30,728 bases of DNA, from NCBI GenBank assembly GCA_937995495.1, contig CALKKA010000191.1, positions 1-30,728 on the forward strand, in the 5' to 3' direction. A program made the position numbers and the translations under genes. The notes below the pieces were generated by a model. That model was given only the letters and a program-made list of their open reading frames with translations, was not told the origin of the DNA and searched no databases. Below, piece after piece: positions 1 through 10,582 of the stretch. This DNA comes from an uncultured Phycisphaerae bacterium (GTDB taxonomy: Bacteria; Planctomycetota; Phycisphaerae; Sedimentisphaerales; Anaerohalosphaeraceae). Numbering within the stretch: position 1 is the first letter of the stretch; each line of letters begins with the position of its first letter.

Positions 1-485
1 ATCTTTGAAACGATTTCACCGATTTTCCCCGTACCGACAATGCCAACGGTCGTCCCGTTGAGATCAAACCCCATCAGACCCTCTAATGAAAAATTGCCTT
101 CCCGAACACGGGTATGGGCACGATAGATTCGTCGATTCAGTGCCAAAATGAGCCCGACCGTATGCTCGGCAACAGCATAAGGCGAGTAAGCAGGCACGCG
201 GACGACACAAAGTCCAAGTTTCTCAGCCGCCTCGAGATCGACATTATTGAAGCCGGCGCATCGCAAGGCGATCAATTCGACGCCAACGTCTTTTAATTGT
301 TGAAGGATTCCCGCATCGGTCGTGTCGTTGACGAAGATACAAACACCTCGGGATCCCTCTGCCAGCACTGCAGTCTCCGCAGTCAGATGGTCTTCAAGAA
401 AGAGGAGTTCGTGATGAAAATCAGCATTCACACGCGTAAAAAACTGCTCAACATAAGGCTTCGTATTAAAAACCGTTACTTTCAT
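1..485 (-). CDS. ldhA: D-lactate dehydrogenase / D-2-hydroxyacid dehydrogenase, N-terminal part (runs off left edge; not in ORF track)
   Basis: Manual translation from ATG at 485 (SD GGAGG at 491-495): [11 protein letters not shown]...[15 protein letters not shown]...[59 protein letters not shown]. These are hallmark LdhA motifs plus the Rossmann GxGxxG. Frame open to position 3. Confidence 0.92.
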   Translation of the reverse strand, partial: MKVTVFNTKPYVEQFFTRVNADFHHELLFLEDHLTAETAVLAEGSRGVCIFVNDTTDAGILQQLKDVGVELIALRCAGFNNVDLEAAEKLGLCVVRVPAYSPYAVAEHTVGLILALNRRIYRAHTRVREGNFSLEGLMGFDLNGTTVGIVGTGKIGEIVSK

Positions 486-561
486 AAGCACCTCCGATTC
501 ACTGAGATTCAGATTGATGGTCTTCCTATACTACCGGTGCGAAATCAGAAAGTTCGTGAGA

Positions 562-2202
562 TTATGAATTATAGCGGTTCGTTATGGGCATTCGGCGGTC
601 TTTGCCAAAGGCACGGGGGGTGATTTTGATCCCCGGAGGGGATTGACGGCGTTTGTATTCATTGCGGTCCACCAGACGGATGATACGGCGAACCTGTTCC
701 GCATCAAACCCGGCACCAATGAGTTCTTCGGTGGAGTGGTCCAACTCTACATAATTCTTTAAAATCGCATCCAGCAGGTCATAATCGGGTAGCGAGTCAG
801 AATCTTTTTGATCCGGCCGCAGTTCGGCAGACGGAGGCCGAGAAATAATACTGTCAGGAATGATTTCTCTCTCTTTGTTGACAAATCGGCATAACTCATA
901 CACCAGGGTTTTAGGAACATCTTTGATCACAGCAAAACCGCCAGCAGTGTCTCCATACAGCGTCGAATAGCCCACACCCGTTTCGCTTTTATTGCCTGTG
1001 GTCAGCACCAGCCAACCGAACTGATTGGAATATGACATCAGAATTGTCCCGCGAATGCGTGCCTGCAGGTTTTCATAGGCAAGGCCCATTTCATCCCATC
1101 CATCCACGGACTCAAGAGCCTGGCTAAAGGCATCCATTGTGTCGGCAATGGGGACGGTGTGAAACTCGATGCCCAGGTTTTCGGCGAGTGTTGCGGCGTC
1201 GCTGCGCGTTGCATGTGTATTGAACCGGGATGGCATACTGATCCCGACGACATTCTCATTTCCTATTGCTTCAACCGCAACAGCAGCAACAAGGGCCGAA
1301 TCAATCCCACCGCTGATACCGATGACAACTTTTGAAAAACCGTTCTTCTGTATATAATCTCTGGTTCCTTTAACCAGGGCCTGATGCACTTCAAAAACAT
1401 CATCCAGCGGTTCTGATGGAGCGTAAGAAGGGCTGATCGGAGTAATCCCCAACCGTCCATCCGGCATCTTTTCAAGATCAACAATGCAAAGATCCTCTTC
1501 AAATTCTTTGGCCTGCGTGATGACAGTGCCCTGTGAATCGACCACCATGCTGCGTCCGTCGAAGACCAGTTCATCTTGGCCGCCGACAAGATTACAGTAG
1601 GCGACGGCACAATTAAAATGACCTGCACAGCGAGCCAGAATATTCTGCCGCTCCTGTATCTTGCCGGAGTTGAAAGGAGATGCCGAAAGATTGATAATCA
1701 AATCCAGACGATGTTTTTCTCCGTCTAAGAATTGATCCAGCCAGTCCAGATCCCAGATATCCTCACAGATAGTGACAGCGATAGTGAGTCCTTTTTTTCG
1801 AAAAATAACGGGGTTTAGGCCGGGGGTAAAATAGCGTTTTTCATCGAAAACACTATAATTGGGCAACAACCCTTTTTTGTAAATGGATTGGATATTTCCG
1901 TTTTCAATAATGGCAGCGGCATTAAAGCATTGATCTGACTCTTCCAGGGCAAAACCGGCAACCACGGTTATCGAAGTGGTATAGTGTGACAGTTCCTTCA
2001 GTGCAGACTCGTTATCGTGAAGGAATTTGAGTTTGTGGAGCAAATCCTCTGGTGGATAACCGCAAACGCATAATTCTGGAAAGACAACCACATCAAGACC
2101 CTTCTTCTTTGCCGAATCGATCAGATGGCTCATGAGGGTTGTATTGCCATGCATATCACCCACGGTTGCATTGATCTGAGCCAAGCCGAATCGGAGGGGC
2201 AT
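562..2202 (-). CDS. nadE: Glutamine-dependent NAD+ synthetase (nitrilase-fold glutaminase + synthetase domain)
   Basis: FPEL / K / ICED Glu-Lys-Cys triad; GISGGIDS, ENLQARIRG, TGNKSE, GYSTLYGD, PPSAELRPDQKD, EYKRRQSPPG. Start moved to ATG 2202 (MPLRFGLAQIN) with SD AAGGAG at 2209-2214. Confidence 0.96.
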   Translation of the reverse strand: MPLRFGLAQINATVGDMHGNTTLMSHLIDSAKKKGLDVVVFPELCVCGYPPEDLLHKLKFLHDNESALKELSHYTTSITVVAGFALEESDQCFNAAAIIENGNIQSIYKKGLLPNYSVFDEKRYFTPGLNPVIFRKKGLTIAVTICEDIWDLDWLDQFLDGEKHRLDLIINLSASPFNSGKIQERQNILARCAGHFNCAVAYCNLVGGQDELVFDGRSMVVDSQGTVITQAKEFEEDLCIVDLEKMPDGRLGITPISPSYAPSEPLDDVFEVHQALVKGTRDYIQKNGFSKVVIGISGGIDSALVAAVAVEAIGNENVVGISMPSRFNTHATRSDAATLAENLGIEFHTVPIADTMDAFSQALESVDGWDEMGLAYENLQARIRGTILMSYSNQFGWLVLTTGNKSETGVGYSTLYGDTAGGFAVIKDVPKTLVYELCRFVNKEREIIPDSIISRPPSAELRPDQKDSDSLPDYDLLDAILKNYVELDHSTEELIGAGFDAEQVRRIIRLVDRNEYKRRQSPPGIKITPRAFGKDRRMPITNRYNS

Positions 2203-2243
2203 TGATCGCTCCTTTGCTAAAAAAATGATCTCTGCGGCATATT

Positions 2244-3662
2244 TTACAACTGACAAAGGTATTGGTCAACAGCATCGGCAGTTTTTCTGCCCGCATCAAT
2301 GGCCCTGACGACAAGCGAGGCTCCGCTAACAGCGTCTCCAGCTGCAAAAATCTTCGGGTGACTCGTCTGCCCGCTGTTGACAACGATATTTCCACGATCA
2401 TCGAGATCAATGCGAATATCCTGGACCAAGGGACCATGCTCTACATGCACAAAGCCCATTGCCAAGAGCACTAAATCAGCTTTGAGAGTAAACTCAGACC
2501 CCGGCACTTCTTTCATTTTCCATTGGCCGTTATCCTGTGTCCACTCGACTTTGCATGCAACGATCTCATTGACACCGTTTGGGTCACCATTAAATTTCTT
2601 CGTCAGGACATTCCACATTCGTTCGCAGCCCTCTTCATGGCTGGAGGAAGTACGCATGGTGCGAGGCCACATCGGCCATGGGGTGTCGTCGGGTCGGTCC
2701 TCAGGGGGTTGGGGCAGGATTTCGAGTTGGTGAATAGAGGCCGCATTCTGCCTGCGTGACGTGCCAACGCAATCGCTGCCGGTGTCTCCGCCGCCAATCA
2801 CAATGACGTGTTTTCCATTTGCGTTGATAGGCGGATCTGAAAGCATTTCACCTGAAATGAGCTTATTCTGTTGTGTCAGGAAATCCATGGCAAAATGAAT
2901 ACCGTTGTAGTCTCGACCTTCGACGGGTAAATCGCGTGGTTGGCCAGCGCCCATGGTCAGGGCAATAGCGTCGTACTGAGCAACCAGGTCTTTAGCGCTG
3001 AAATTTCGTCCGACATTAATATTGCATCGAAATTCCACACCCTCAGCTTTCATCTGGTTAATGCGCCGATCAATGGTCCATTTTTCCAGCTTGAAGTCCG
3101 GTATGCCATACCTGAGCAGGCCGCCGGGTTTTTCATCTTTTTCGTACACGGTTACCGTGTGACCCATTCGGGCAAGCTGTTGCGCCGCAGAGATCCCCGC
3201 TGGACCGGAGCCAATAACAGCGACACTGCGACCGCTTTTTTGGGTGGGATATAGGGGCTTGACCCAGCCTTCAACAAATCCTCGTTCAACGATCTGGTAT
3301 TCGATATGGCGAATGAGAACGGGTTTATCGTTAATGGACAGCGTACAGGAAGTTTCACAGGGCGCCGGACAAATACGTCCCGTCATTTCAGGGAGATTAT
3401 TGGTAGAGTGCAAATTATCACAGGCTTCTTTCCACTTGCCCTGACAAACCAATTCGTTGAATTCTGGAATCAAATTGGCGACTGGACACCCATCACCATG
3501 ACAGAACGGAATACCGCAGTCCGAGCATCGTGCTGCCTGTTGAACGAGTTCATCAGGCGTTAAAGGAATTTCGATTTCCTTGTAGTCTTTGACTCTGTTC
3601 TCGATAGGGCGGTATGGAACCGGTTGACGCTTATAGTCTAGAAAGCCTCTCGCTTTAGCCAT
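2244..3662 (-). CDS. gltD: Glutamate synthase small (beta) subunit
   Basis: RCSDCGIPFCHG..CP Fe-S motif, GRICPAPCE, GSGPAG and GGGDTGSDC nucleotide-binding motifs, FAAGD. Start ATG 3662 (MAKARGF) with SD GGAGG; overlaps gltB stop by 8 nt. Confidence 0.96.
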   Translation of the reverse strand: MAKARGFLDYKRQPVPYRPIENRVKDYKEIEIPLTPDELVQQAARCSDCGIPFCHGDGCPVANLIPEFNELVCQGKWKEACDNLHSTNNLPEMTGRICPAPCETSCTLSINDKPVLIRHIEYQIVERGFVEGWVKPLYPTQKSGRSVAVIGSGPAGISAAQQLARMGHTVTVYEKDEKPGGLLRYGIPDFKLEKWTIDRRINQMKAEGVEFRCNINVGRNFSAKDLVAQYDAIALTMGAGQPRDLPVEGRDYNGIHFAMDFLTQQNKLISGEMLSDPPINANGKHVIVIGGGDTGSDCVGTSRRQNAASIHQLEILPQPPEDRPDDTPWPMWPRTMRTSSSHEEGCERMWNVLTKKFNGDPNGVNEIVACKVEWTQDNGQWKMKEVPGSEFTLKADLVLLAMGFVHVEHGPLVQDIRIDLDDRGNIVVNSGQTSHPKIFAAGDAVSGASLVVRAIDAGRKTADAVDQYLCQL

Positions 3663-6600
3663 GAAATACCTCCTCAGTTGCTGGAGTTGTATCTGTATTC
3701 CGATCTTCTTCTGCTCGCATCCGTTCAAGGGCCTTACGGTAGTCAATGGGGATCACTTTAACAAATCGTCCGACCATATCGGGCCAGGCATCCAGGATGC
3801 GCCGAGCGCGAGAACTCCGCGTCAGTTTTTCATGCTTTTGGATAAGGTCATAGAGCAATTCCTGGTCGTCTTCCTTCCAAACACTTTCTAAGTCAACCAT
3901 ATCTAAATTACAGAGTGTGTCAAACAGTTGATGCTCATCAAGCACATAAGCGATTCCGCCGCTCATGCCCGCCGCAAAATTGCATCCGGTCTGGCCTAAA
4001 ACAACAACCTGTCCACCGGTCATGTACTCGCATCCGTGGTCACCAACACCTTCAACGACAGCGGTTGCGCCACTATTACGGACACAGAAACGTTCACCGG
4101 CCATGCCGTTGATAAAGACCTCGCCCCGAGTCGCACCGTACAGAAGAGTATTACCTACGATGATATTTTCATGGGCCAGGAATGGAGATCCCGGTGGGGT
4201 TTCCACGATAATCCTGCCTCCCGAGAGACCTTTGCCCAGATAGTCGTTGCTGTCACCGACCAGTTTCAAGGTGACCCCCTTTGTTAAGAAAGCGCCAAAA
4301 CTCTGCCCGGCTGAACCCGTTAATTCGATTTCCAGGGTGTCATCTTCAAGTCCGTTGGGACCAAATTGACTGACCAGCCGATTGCTCAGGATGGTGCCGA
4401 CAGTCCGGTCGGTGTTCTTGATCGCCATGTGGATCTGTGACTTTTGACCATCTTCGAATGTGGCCTTTGATTTTTCCATGATGTTCCAGTCCAGATGCTC
4501 TTTCAGTGGGCTGGCCTGTGACTTCGAATTATATAACTCACGATGATCTTTGACCTTTGGCTGCTCGAAGATCATGGAGTAATCCAAACCCTTGGCCTTA
4601 TAGTGGTCAATTGCGTCCTGCATACAAAGTTTGTCGACGCGACCCACCATTTCATTGACAGTCCTGAAGCCTAATTGAGCCATCAATTGACGGGCCTCTT
4701 CGGCAACAAAGGTCATATAGTTGACAATATGTTCGGGCTTTCCAGCAAAACGAGCTCGCAATTCCGGGTCCTGAGTGGCAATGCCATAGGTGCAGGCACC
4801 TTCATGGCATTTACGCAACAGGATACATCCCATACTCACCAAAGCTCCGGTTCCAAATCCAAATTGTTCAGCACCCAGCAGGGCGGCGATGACCAAGTCA
4901 CGACCGGTTCGAAGTTGGCCATCCGTTTGAACCCGGATACGGTCACGCAGTTTGTTCATGACCAATACCTGTTGTGTTTCAGCCAGCCCGACTTCCCAGG
5001 GACAGCCGGCATGTTTGATCGAAGACTGTGGGCTGGCCCCGGTACCGCCATCATAGCCGCTGATTAAAACTTCGTCCGCATTGCCTTTAGAAACACCTGC
5101 CGCAATGGTACCAACACCAACCTCAGAAACCAATTTAACCGAAACTTTACCTTCGGGATTGGCACATTTCAGATCAAAGATCAGCTGGGCCAGGTCCTCG
5201 ATGGAGTAAATATCATGATGCGGCGGTGGCGAGATAAGCGTGACACCCGGTGTCGAATAACGCAGGGTTGCAATTTCTTGGGTCACCTTTTTACCGGGCA
5301 ACTGGCCGCCTTCACCGGGTTTAGCACCCTGTGCCATTTTAATTTGAATCTCTTTGCCTTTAGAGAGGTATTCAATTGTTACGCCAAAACGTCCGCTGGC
5401 AACCTGCTTAATAGCACTGTTCTTAGAGTCGCCATTCGGTTCAAGGGTGTAGCGGGCCGGATCTTCACCACCCTCGCCAGTGTTACTCATCCCGCCCAGG
5501 CGATTCATCGCGATGGCCATACATTCATGGGCCTCTTTGCTGATCGAACCATGGCTCATCGCACCGGTACAAAATCGTTTGACAATTTCGCTTGCCGGTT
5601 CAACCTCTTCCAGCGGAATAGAGTTGCTTTCTTTAAATTTAAAGAGCCCTCTGAGTGTACATAAAGCGGTGTTTTGTTCGTTGATAGCCATGGAAAACTC
5701 TTCATAGGCTTTGGCATCATTGTAGTAGACCGCATGTTGCATTCGACTGATCGTCGTCGGATTCCACAAGTGGCGTTCACCGTCCAAGCGATACATATAG
5801 TCACCACCGAAGTCCAATTCAAGTGCGCCAAGCCGTCTTGAGCCATAAGCTTCTTGGTGGCGTGTTTGAATATCAGCAGCGATCTGCTCGAGACCGATCC
5901 CCCCAATACGGGAACTGGTTCCGGTGAAGTACGTGTCGATGACCTTTTTATGGATACCGATGGCATCAAACAACTGGGCATTGAAATAACTGCGAAGTGT
6001 AGAGATGCCCATCTTACTCATTGTTTTCAAGATACCCTTTTTGACCGCGGCAATGTAATTGCTGGCTATCTGAGGTGCCTCCATATCGGCCGGTAGATGA
6101 TCCTCCTGCTGCAGGTAATGAAGAGCCTCAAAGACCAGATAAGGATTCACGCCATTGGCACCAAACCCGCACAGCAGGCAGAAATGCTGGACTTCCCGTG
6201 CTTCGCCTGTCTCCACGATTAATCCTGCTTCGCCCCTCAGGCCTTTTTCGATCAGGGCATGATGCACAGCCGAAACGGCTAGCAACGCTGGAATCGGGGC
6301 TTTTGTTTTGTCAGCACTTTTGTCGCTGATGATGATTAATGAAGCATGTTTCCGTATAATAGCGTCTTCGGCACCAGCGATCAGCCGTGCGATGGCTTTT
6401 TCAAGAGCACCGGCAGGATTATTCACATCCAGTGAATAAACAGAATGAACCGTTTCGATCTTATAATCCTCCCGGTTGACATGGCGAAGCAGTGTCATAT
6501 CTTCATTGGTTAACACCGGGTGAGGCAGCTTAAGCTGTTTGCAGTGTTCGGGAGTTTCATCCAGAATGTTCAATTTCTTTCCGGTGAAACTCATCAGACT

Positions 6601-8217
6601 CATGACCAACCCCTCGCGCAGTGGGTCGATCGGTGGGTTGGTAACCTGTGCGAACAGCTGTTTGAAATAATCATACAGAAGCCGGGGGCGATCACTCAGA
6701 ACGGCAAGAGGATTATCGGCTCCCATAGAGCCGACAGGTTCTTGTCCATTCAGTGCCATGGGCTTGAGAAGCACCTGCAACTCTTCACGGGTATACCCAA
6801 ACATTCTCAAGCGTTTGGTCAGTGTTTCCGGTGTCCCATGTTCAAGCAGTGGGGTCTCAAACAAACCTTTTAATTCGATCCAGTTTTCATTCAACCAGCG
6901 GCGATAAGGTTTTTGTCTTGAAATTTTACCCTTGATCTCATTGTCGGTAATAATGCGTCCCTCTTGAGTGTCGACCAAGAACATCTTACCCGGTTGAAGG
7001 CGGCCTTTTGAGCGGACCTTTTCGGGCGGAAACTCAACCACCCCTGTTTCACTGGCCATCACCACAATCCCATCAGTCGTGATGGTATAACGGCTTGGAC
7101 GCAATCCATTCCGGTCAAGTGTGCCGCCCAGAAGCCGCCCATCGGTAAAGACCATCGCCGCTGGACCATCCCAAGGCTCCATGATCGAGGCGTGATATTC
7201 GTAAAAAGACCGCTTATCCGTACTGATATGATATTTGGCACCAAATGCTTCGGGAATCATCATCATCAAGGAATGCGGCATGCTTCGGCCAGCTTGATTC
7301 AGCAATTCCAGCATATTGTCAAAACACGCCGAATCACTCGCCCCGGGTGTTAAAACTGGAAGCAAGTCAGTCAGGTCATCTCCAAGGATCGCGCTTTCCA
7401 TGCGTTTTTCTCGCATCCGCATGCAGTTGCGGTTGCCGCTAAGCGTGTTAATTTCACCATTGTGAGCAATGCAACGGAACGGCTGGGCCAACTGCCAGCT
7501 CGGGAACGTGTTCGTGCTGTATCGCTGATGGACGATCGCCAGGGCTGAAGCAAAGCTGGCATCCTCAAGATCAGGATAGTAGGCGAACAACTGCCAGGCC
7601 ATAAACATGCCTTTGTAGCAGATCGTTTTGCACGATAGAGAGCTGATGTAGAAATCCTCAGCCGCGTCACCCTTCGTCTCCTTGACCAAACGCTCCGCCC
7701 GCTTGCGTGCTAAAAATAATTTTCGTTCGAGGTCGCCCCCTGTCAGGCCGCATCCATCTACAAAAATCTGCTGGACAGCGGGTTCTGCAGACAGAGCTAT
7801 TTCACCCAAACAATCCGGCGAAACGGGGACATCACGCCAACCGATAACCTTCATTCCATAGTGAGCAATGGCCTTTTCTAAGAATTCACCGCATTCATTT
7901 CGCAACGCAGGGTCTTTGGGACTAAACACCATCCCAACTCCATAAGAACCAGACTGAGGCAATTTGATTTTTAGCTTTTTAAGTTCTGTGGCTAAAAAGT
8001 CATGGGGGATTTGGCAGAGAATTCCCGCACCGTCGCCGGTGACATTATCCGCGCCTGCTGCTCCACGATGGTGCAGATTCAAAAGAACCTCTTTAGCATA
8101 TTGGATGATGGAATGGTCTTGCTTGCCGGAAATATTGACGACAGCACCGATCCCGCAAGCATCATGCTCACGCCTGGCTTCGTATAAGCCTTGATCTTTA
8201 GGCATTCGTGACGGCAT
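3655..8217 (-). CDS. gltB: Glutamate synthase large (alpha) subunit
   Basis: 1520 aa; HDACGIG amidotransferase Cys, HRGA, HQRYSTNT, HNGEINT, AQVTNPPID, KMAQGAKPGEGGQLP, 3Fe-4S Cys motif (CILLRKCHEGAC), C-terminal GXGXG repeats. Confidence 0.98.
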   Translation of the reverse strand: MPSRMPKDQGLYEARREHDACGIGAVVNISGKQDHSIIQYAKEVLLNLHHRGAAGADNVTGDGAGILCQIPHDFLATELKKLKIKLPQSGSYGVGMVFSPKDPALRNECGEFLEKAIAHYGMKVIGWRDVPVSPDCLGEIALSAEPAVQQIFVDGCGLTGGDLERKLFLARKRAERLVKETKGDAAEDFYISSLSCKTICYKGMFMAWQLFAYYPDLEDASFASALAIVHQRYSTNTFPSWQLAQPFRCIAHNGEINTLSGNRNCMRMREKRMESAILGDDLTDLLPVLTPGASDSACFDNMLELLNQAGRSMPHSLMMMIPEAFGAKYHISTDKRSFYEYHASIMEPWDGPAAMVFTDGRLLGGTLDRNGLRPSRYTITTDGIVVMASETGVVEFPPEKVRSKGRLQPGKMFLVDTQEGRIITDNEIKGKISRQKPYRRWLNENWIELKGLFETPLLEHGTPETLTKRLRMFGYTREELQVLLKPMALNGQEPVGSMGADNPLAVLSDRPRLLYDYFKQLFAQVTNPPIDPLREGLVMSLMSFTGKKLNILDETPEHCKQLKLPHPVLTNEDMTLLRHVNREDYKIETVHSVYSLDVNNPAGALEKAIARLIAGAEDAIIRKHASLIIISDKSADKTKAPIPALLAVSAVHHALIEKGLRGEAGLIVETGEAREVQHFCLLCGFGANGVNPYLVFEALHYLQQEDHLPADMEAPQIASNYIAAVKKGILKTMSKMGISTLRSYFNAQLFDAIGIHKKVIDTYFTGTSSRIGGIGLEQIAADIQTRHQEAYGSRRLGALELDFGGDYMYRLDGERHLWNPTTISRMQHAVYYNDAKAYEEFSMAINEQNTALCTLRGLFKFKESNSIPLEEVEPASEIVKRFCTGAMSHGSISKEAHECMAIAMNRLGGMSNTGEGGEDPARYTLEPNGDSKNSAIKQVASGRFGVTIEYLSKGKEIQIKMAQGAKPGEGGQLPGKKVTQEIATLRYSTPGVTLISPPPHHDIYSIEDLAQLIFDLKCANPEGKVSVKLVSEVGVGTIAAGVSKGNADEVLISGYDGGTGASPQSSIKHAGCPWEVGLAETQQVLVMNKLRDRIRVQTDGQLRTGRDLVIAALLGAEQFGFGTGALVSMGCILLRKCHEGACTYGIATQDPELRARFAGKPEHIVNYMTFVAEEARQLMAQLGFRTVNEMVGRVDKLCMQDAIDHYKAKGLDYSMIFEQPKVKDHRELYNSKSQASPLKEHLDWNIMEKSKATFEDGQKSQIHMAIKNTDRTVGTILSNRLVSQFGPNGLEDDTLEIELTGSAGQSFGAFLTKGVTLKLVGDSNDYLGKGLSGGRIIVETPPGSPFLAHENIIVGNTLLYGATRGEVFINGMAGERFCVRNSGATAVVEGVGDHGCEYMTGGQVVVLGQTGCNFAAGMSGGIAYVLDEHQLFDTLCNLDMVDLESVWKEDDQELLYDLIQKHEKLTRSSRARRILDAWPDMVGRFVKVIPIDYRKALERMRAEEDRNTDTTPATEEVFHG

Positions 8218-8282
8218 TGTTCTTCCTAACTGCTGTTATTAATTGATTACGGTTAGATCGATTGCTTCTCAAAAGACCCCCA

Positions 8283-8311
8283 AGCATACAAACTTACTGA
8301 TAGTGTGTCAA
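8283..8311 (-). promoter_or_regulatory. sigma70-type promoter for gltB-gltD(-nadE-ldhA)
   Basis: Minus strand TTGACA (8311-8306), 17 nt spacer, TATGCT (8288-8283), about 65 nt upstream of the gltB ATG. Confidence 0.75.
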
Positions 8312-8403
8312 GACTGTACCATAATGGCATGTGATTTTTCAATCTATATTCCTTATAATAGGCTAATAGTTACTATAAGAATCTCTAACGGGCTTGTTCG
8401 CGC

Positions 8404-8439
8404 AAAAACTCTGCCGGATAGAACCAAGTCCGGCAGAGT
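8404..8439 (-). terminator. Intrinsic terminator of glnA (GSIII)
   Basis: 11-bp perfect stem ACTCTGCCGGA (8408-8418) / TCCGGCAGAGT (8429-8439), 10-nt loop, followed by a T-run on the minus strand, about 46 nt after the GS stop. Confidence 0.8.
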
Positions 8440-8451
8440 CGTAGTTCACAA

Positions 8452-8469
8452 ATCGGCCTGATGGCCGAT
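8452..8469. other. Second small hairpin in the glnA 3' UTR
   Basis: ATCGGCC-TGAT-GGCCGAT: 7-bp stem with 4-nt loop between the GS stop and the terminator. Function unknown; possibly mRNA stabilising. Confidence 0.45.
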
Positions 8470-8485
8470 GGACACAAAACCAATA

Positions 8486-10582
8486 TTACTTCAGAAAGAG
8501 CATTTCAGCATAACTTGGCAGAGGCCACAGATCCGCATCGACCAACGCCTCCAATAAGTCGGCAGCTTCACGGACGCTGCTCATCGCCGGGATGACGGCA
8601 TCGCGATAAGCACGGGCCTGCGTGTTGGGTTTACTGATCCCCTGGGCCTTGCTTACTGCTGCCTCGAGGGATTCAATACCTGAAGCCAGCTCATCAATCA
8701 GACCACAGACTTTCTTAAGTGACTTCTGCATCGAGCTGCACTTTACCCCGGAATCAGCAACAATACTCATGGAAGAGGCTAATCTGCCGGAATATTCAAC
8801 ACATGCGGGCATAATCTGTCGCTTAGCAATATTCAGTGTTGTCAGGGCTTCGATATTGATACTTGCAGCATATCCTTCAAGCAGGATCTCAGTCCGTGCA
8901 TGCAGTTCCTGCTTAGTCAATACTTTGAGTTTTTTAAACAAGTCCACATTCTGCTTATCCATAATTGTTTCAATCGACTCAACAGAGGAGCGGATGTTGG
9001 GCAGACCCCGTTTTTCAGCTTCAACGACCCAGGCGTCAGCATAGTTGTCGCCGTTAAAAATCACACGCTGATGATCTTTAGCGATCTTCTTGAGAAGTTT
9101 CTGGGCTTCTTTGCGAACATCTCTGGCTTTTTCCAAGGCGCCGGCGATTTCACTTAAAACATCAGCGACAATTGAATTGATGACAAAGCTCGGTCCTGAA
9201 CAAGACTGTTTGGAACCCACCATTCGGAATTCAAACCGGTTACCGGTAAATGCGAAAGGAGATGTACGGTTACGGTCGGTACAATCTTTTGGCAGCGCTG
9301 GCAGTGTGGATATACCAAGCTTAAGATCACCGCCCTTACGTGACGATTTTGCACCGCCCGCGGCCAGCTGCTCAAGAATGTCATTCAATTGGTCACCCAG
9401 GAAAACTGAAACGATGGCGGGCGGGGCTTCATTGGCACCGAGGCGATGTTCATTACCTGTATTGGCAACCGAGGCACGCAGCAACGTGGCATATTTGTCA
9501 ACCGCACGTATCACAGCACAGAGGAAGACCAGGAAGACCATGTTATCATGAGGTGTAGTTCCCGGATCCAATAAATTGTTGCCTGTATCAGTCACCAAAG
9601 ACCAGTTATTATGCTTGCCGGAGCCATTGACTCCTGCGAAGGGCTTCTCGTGAAGCAAACAGACGAAATTATGTCGGAGTGCGATTTTTTCCAGGGTTTC
9701 CATCGTCAACTGATTGTGATCCGTTGCAACATTAACGGTTGCAAAGACAGGCGCAATTTCGTACTGGGCGGGTGAAACTTCATTGTGCTGAGTGGTTGCC
9801 GAGACGCCCAGTTTCCAGAGTTCTGTGTTGACATCATTCATGTAAGCAGCAATGCGCTCATGCAGAGTCCCGAAGTAATGGTCATCCATTTCCTGACCGC
9901 GAGGAGACGGTGCTCCGAATAAGGTGCGGCCCGCTAAAACCAGATCAAGTCGTTTTTCATAAAAGTCACGATCAATCAGAAAGTATTCCTGCTCAGGGCC
10001 TAAGGTTGAGGTGACGCTTTGTACATCACTTTCGCCAAGAGCCTTGAGGACACGGACGGCATGCTTGCTGAGGGCCTCCATTGAGCGGAGCAGGGGGGTC
10101 TTTTTGTCAAGGGCTTCACCCGTATAAGAGCAGAAAGCACAGGGGATGTAAAGGGTTTTACCTTTAACAAAGACCGGAGATGTGCAATCCCAAGCCGTAT
10201 AACCGCGGGCTTCAAAGGTTGCACGTAATCCGCCTGAGGGGAAAGAAGATGCATCCGGTTCTCCCTGAACAAGCAGTTTGCCGCTGAACTCCATAATGGT
10301 TTTTCCATCCGGAGTGGGAGAGATGAACGAATCGTGTTTTTCAGCCGTCAGACCTGTCATCGGTTGGAACCAATGGCAAAAGTGGGTGGCTCCTTTTTCC
10401 AGGGCCCAGTCTTTCATGGCGTTCGCGATGACATCAGCAATGTTGATGTTAAAATCACCTTGCCCCTTCCGGATCGCTACAAATTGTTTGTAGGCGGTCT
10501 TTGGCAACCGCTGCCGCATGACAGAATCATTAAATACATTGATCCCAAAAATGTCAGTTATTTGACTATGCTCGTTCTTCAT
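8486..10582 (-). CDS. glnA: Glutamine synthetase type III (GlnN-like), 698 aa
   Basis: HFCHWFQPMTG..AEKHDSF, QGEPDASSFPSGGLR, GPEQEYF, HNEV.P.QYE, HEKPFAGVNGSGKHNNWS, RLGANEAPP, DRNRTSPFAFTGNRFEFR. Start ATG 10582 with SD AGGAG; the longer ORF-track N-terminus is not credible. Confidence 0.95.
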   Translation of the reverse strand: MKNEHSQITDIFGINVFNDSVMRQRLPKTAYKQFVAIRKGQGDFNINIADVIANAMKDWALEKGATHFCHWFQPMTGLTAEKHDSFISPTPDGKTIMEFSGKLLVQGEPDASSFPSGGLRATFEARGYTAWDCTSPVFVKGKTLYIPCAFCSYTGEALDKKTPLLRSMEALSKHAVRVLKALGESDVQSVTSTLGPEQEYFLIDRDFYEKRLDLVLAGRTLFGAPSPRGQEMDDHYFGTLHERIAAYMNDVNTELWKLGVSATTQHNEVSPAQYEIAPVFATVNVATDHNQLTMETLEKIALRHNFVCLLHEKPFAGVNGSGKHNNWSLVTDTGNNLLDPGTTPHDNMVFLVFLCAVIRAVDKYATLLRASVANTGNEHRLGANEAPPAIVSVFLGDQLNDILEQLAAGGAKSSRKGGDLKLGISTLPALPKDCTDRNRTSPFAFTGNRFEFRMVGSKQSCSGPSFVINSIVADVLSEIAGALEKARDVRKEAQKLLKKIAKDHQRVIFNGDNYADAWVVEAEKRGLPNIRSSVESIETIMDKQNVDLFKKLKVLTKQELHARTEILLEGYAASINIEALTTLNIAKRQIMPACVEYSGRLASSMSIVADSGVKCSSMQKSLKKVCGLIDELASGIESLEAAVSKAQGISKPNTQARAYRDAVIPAMSSVREAADLLEALVDADLWPLPSYAEMLFLK

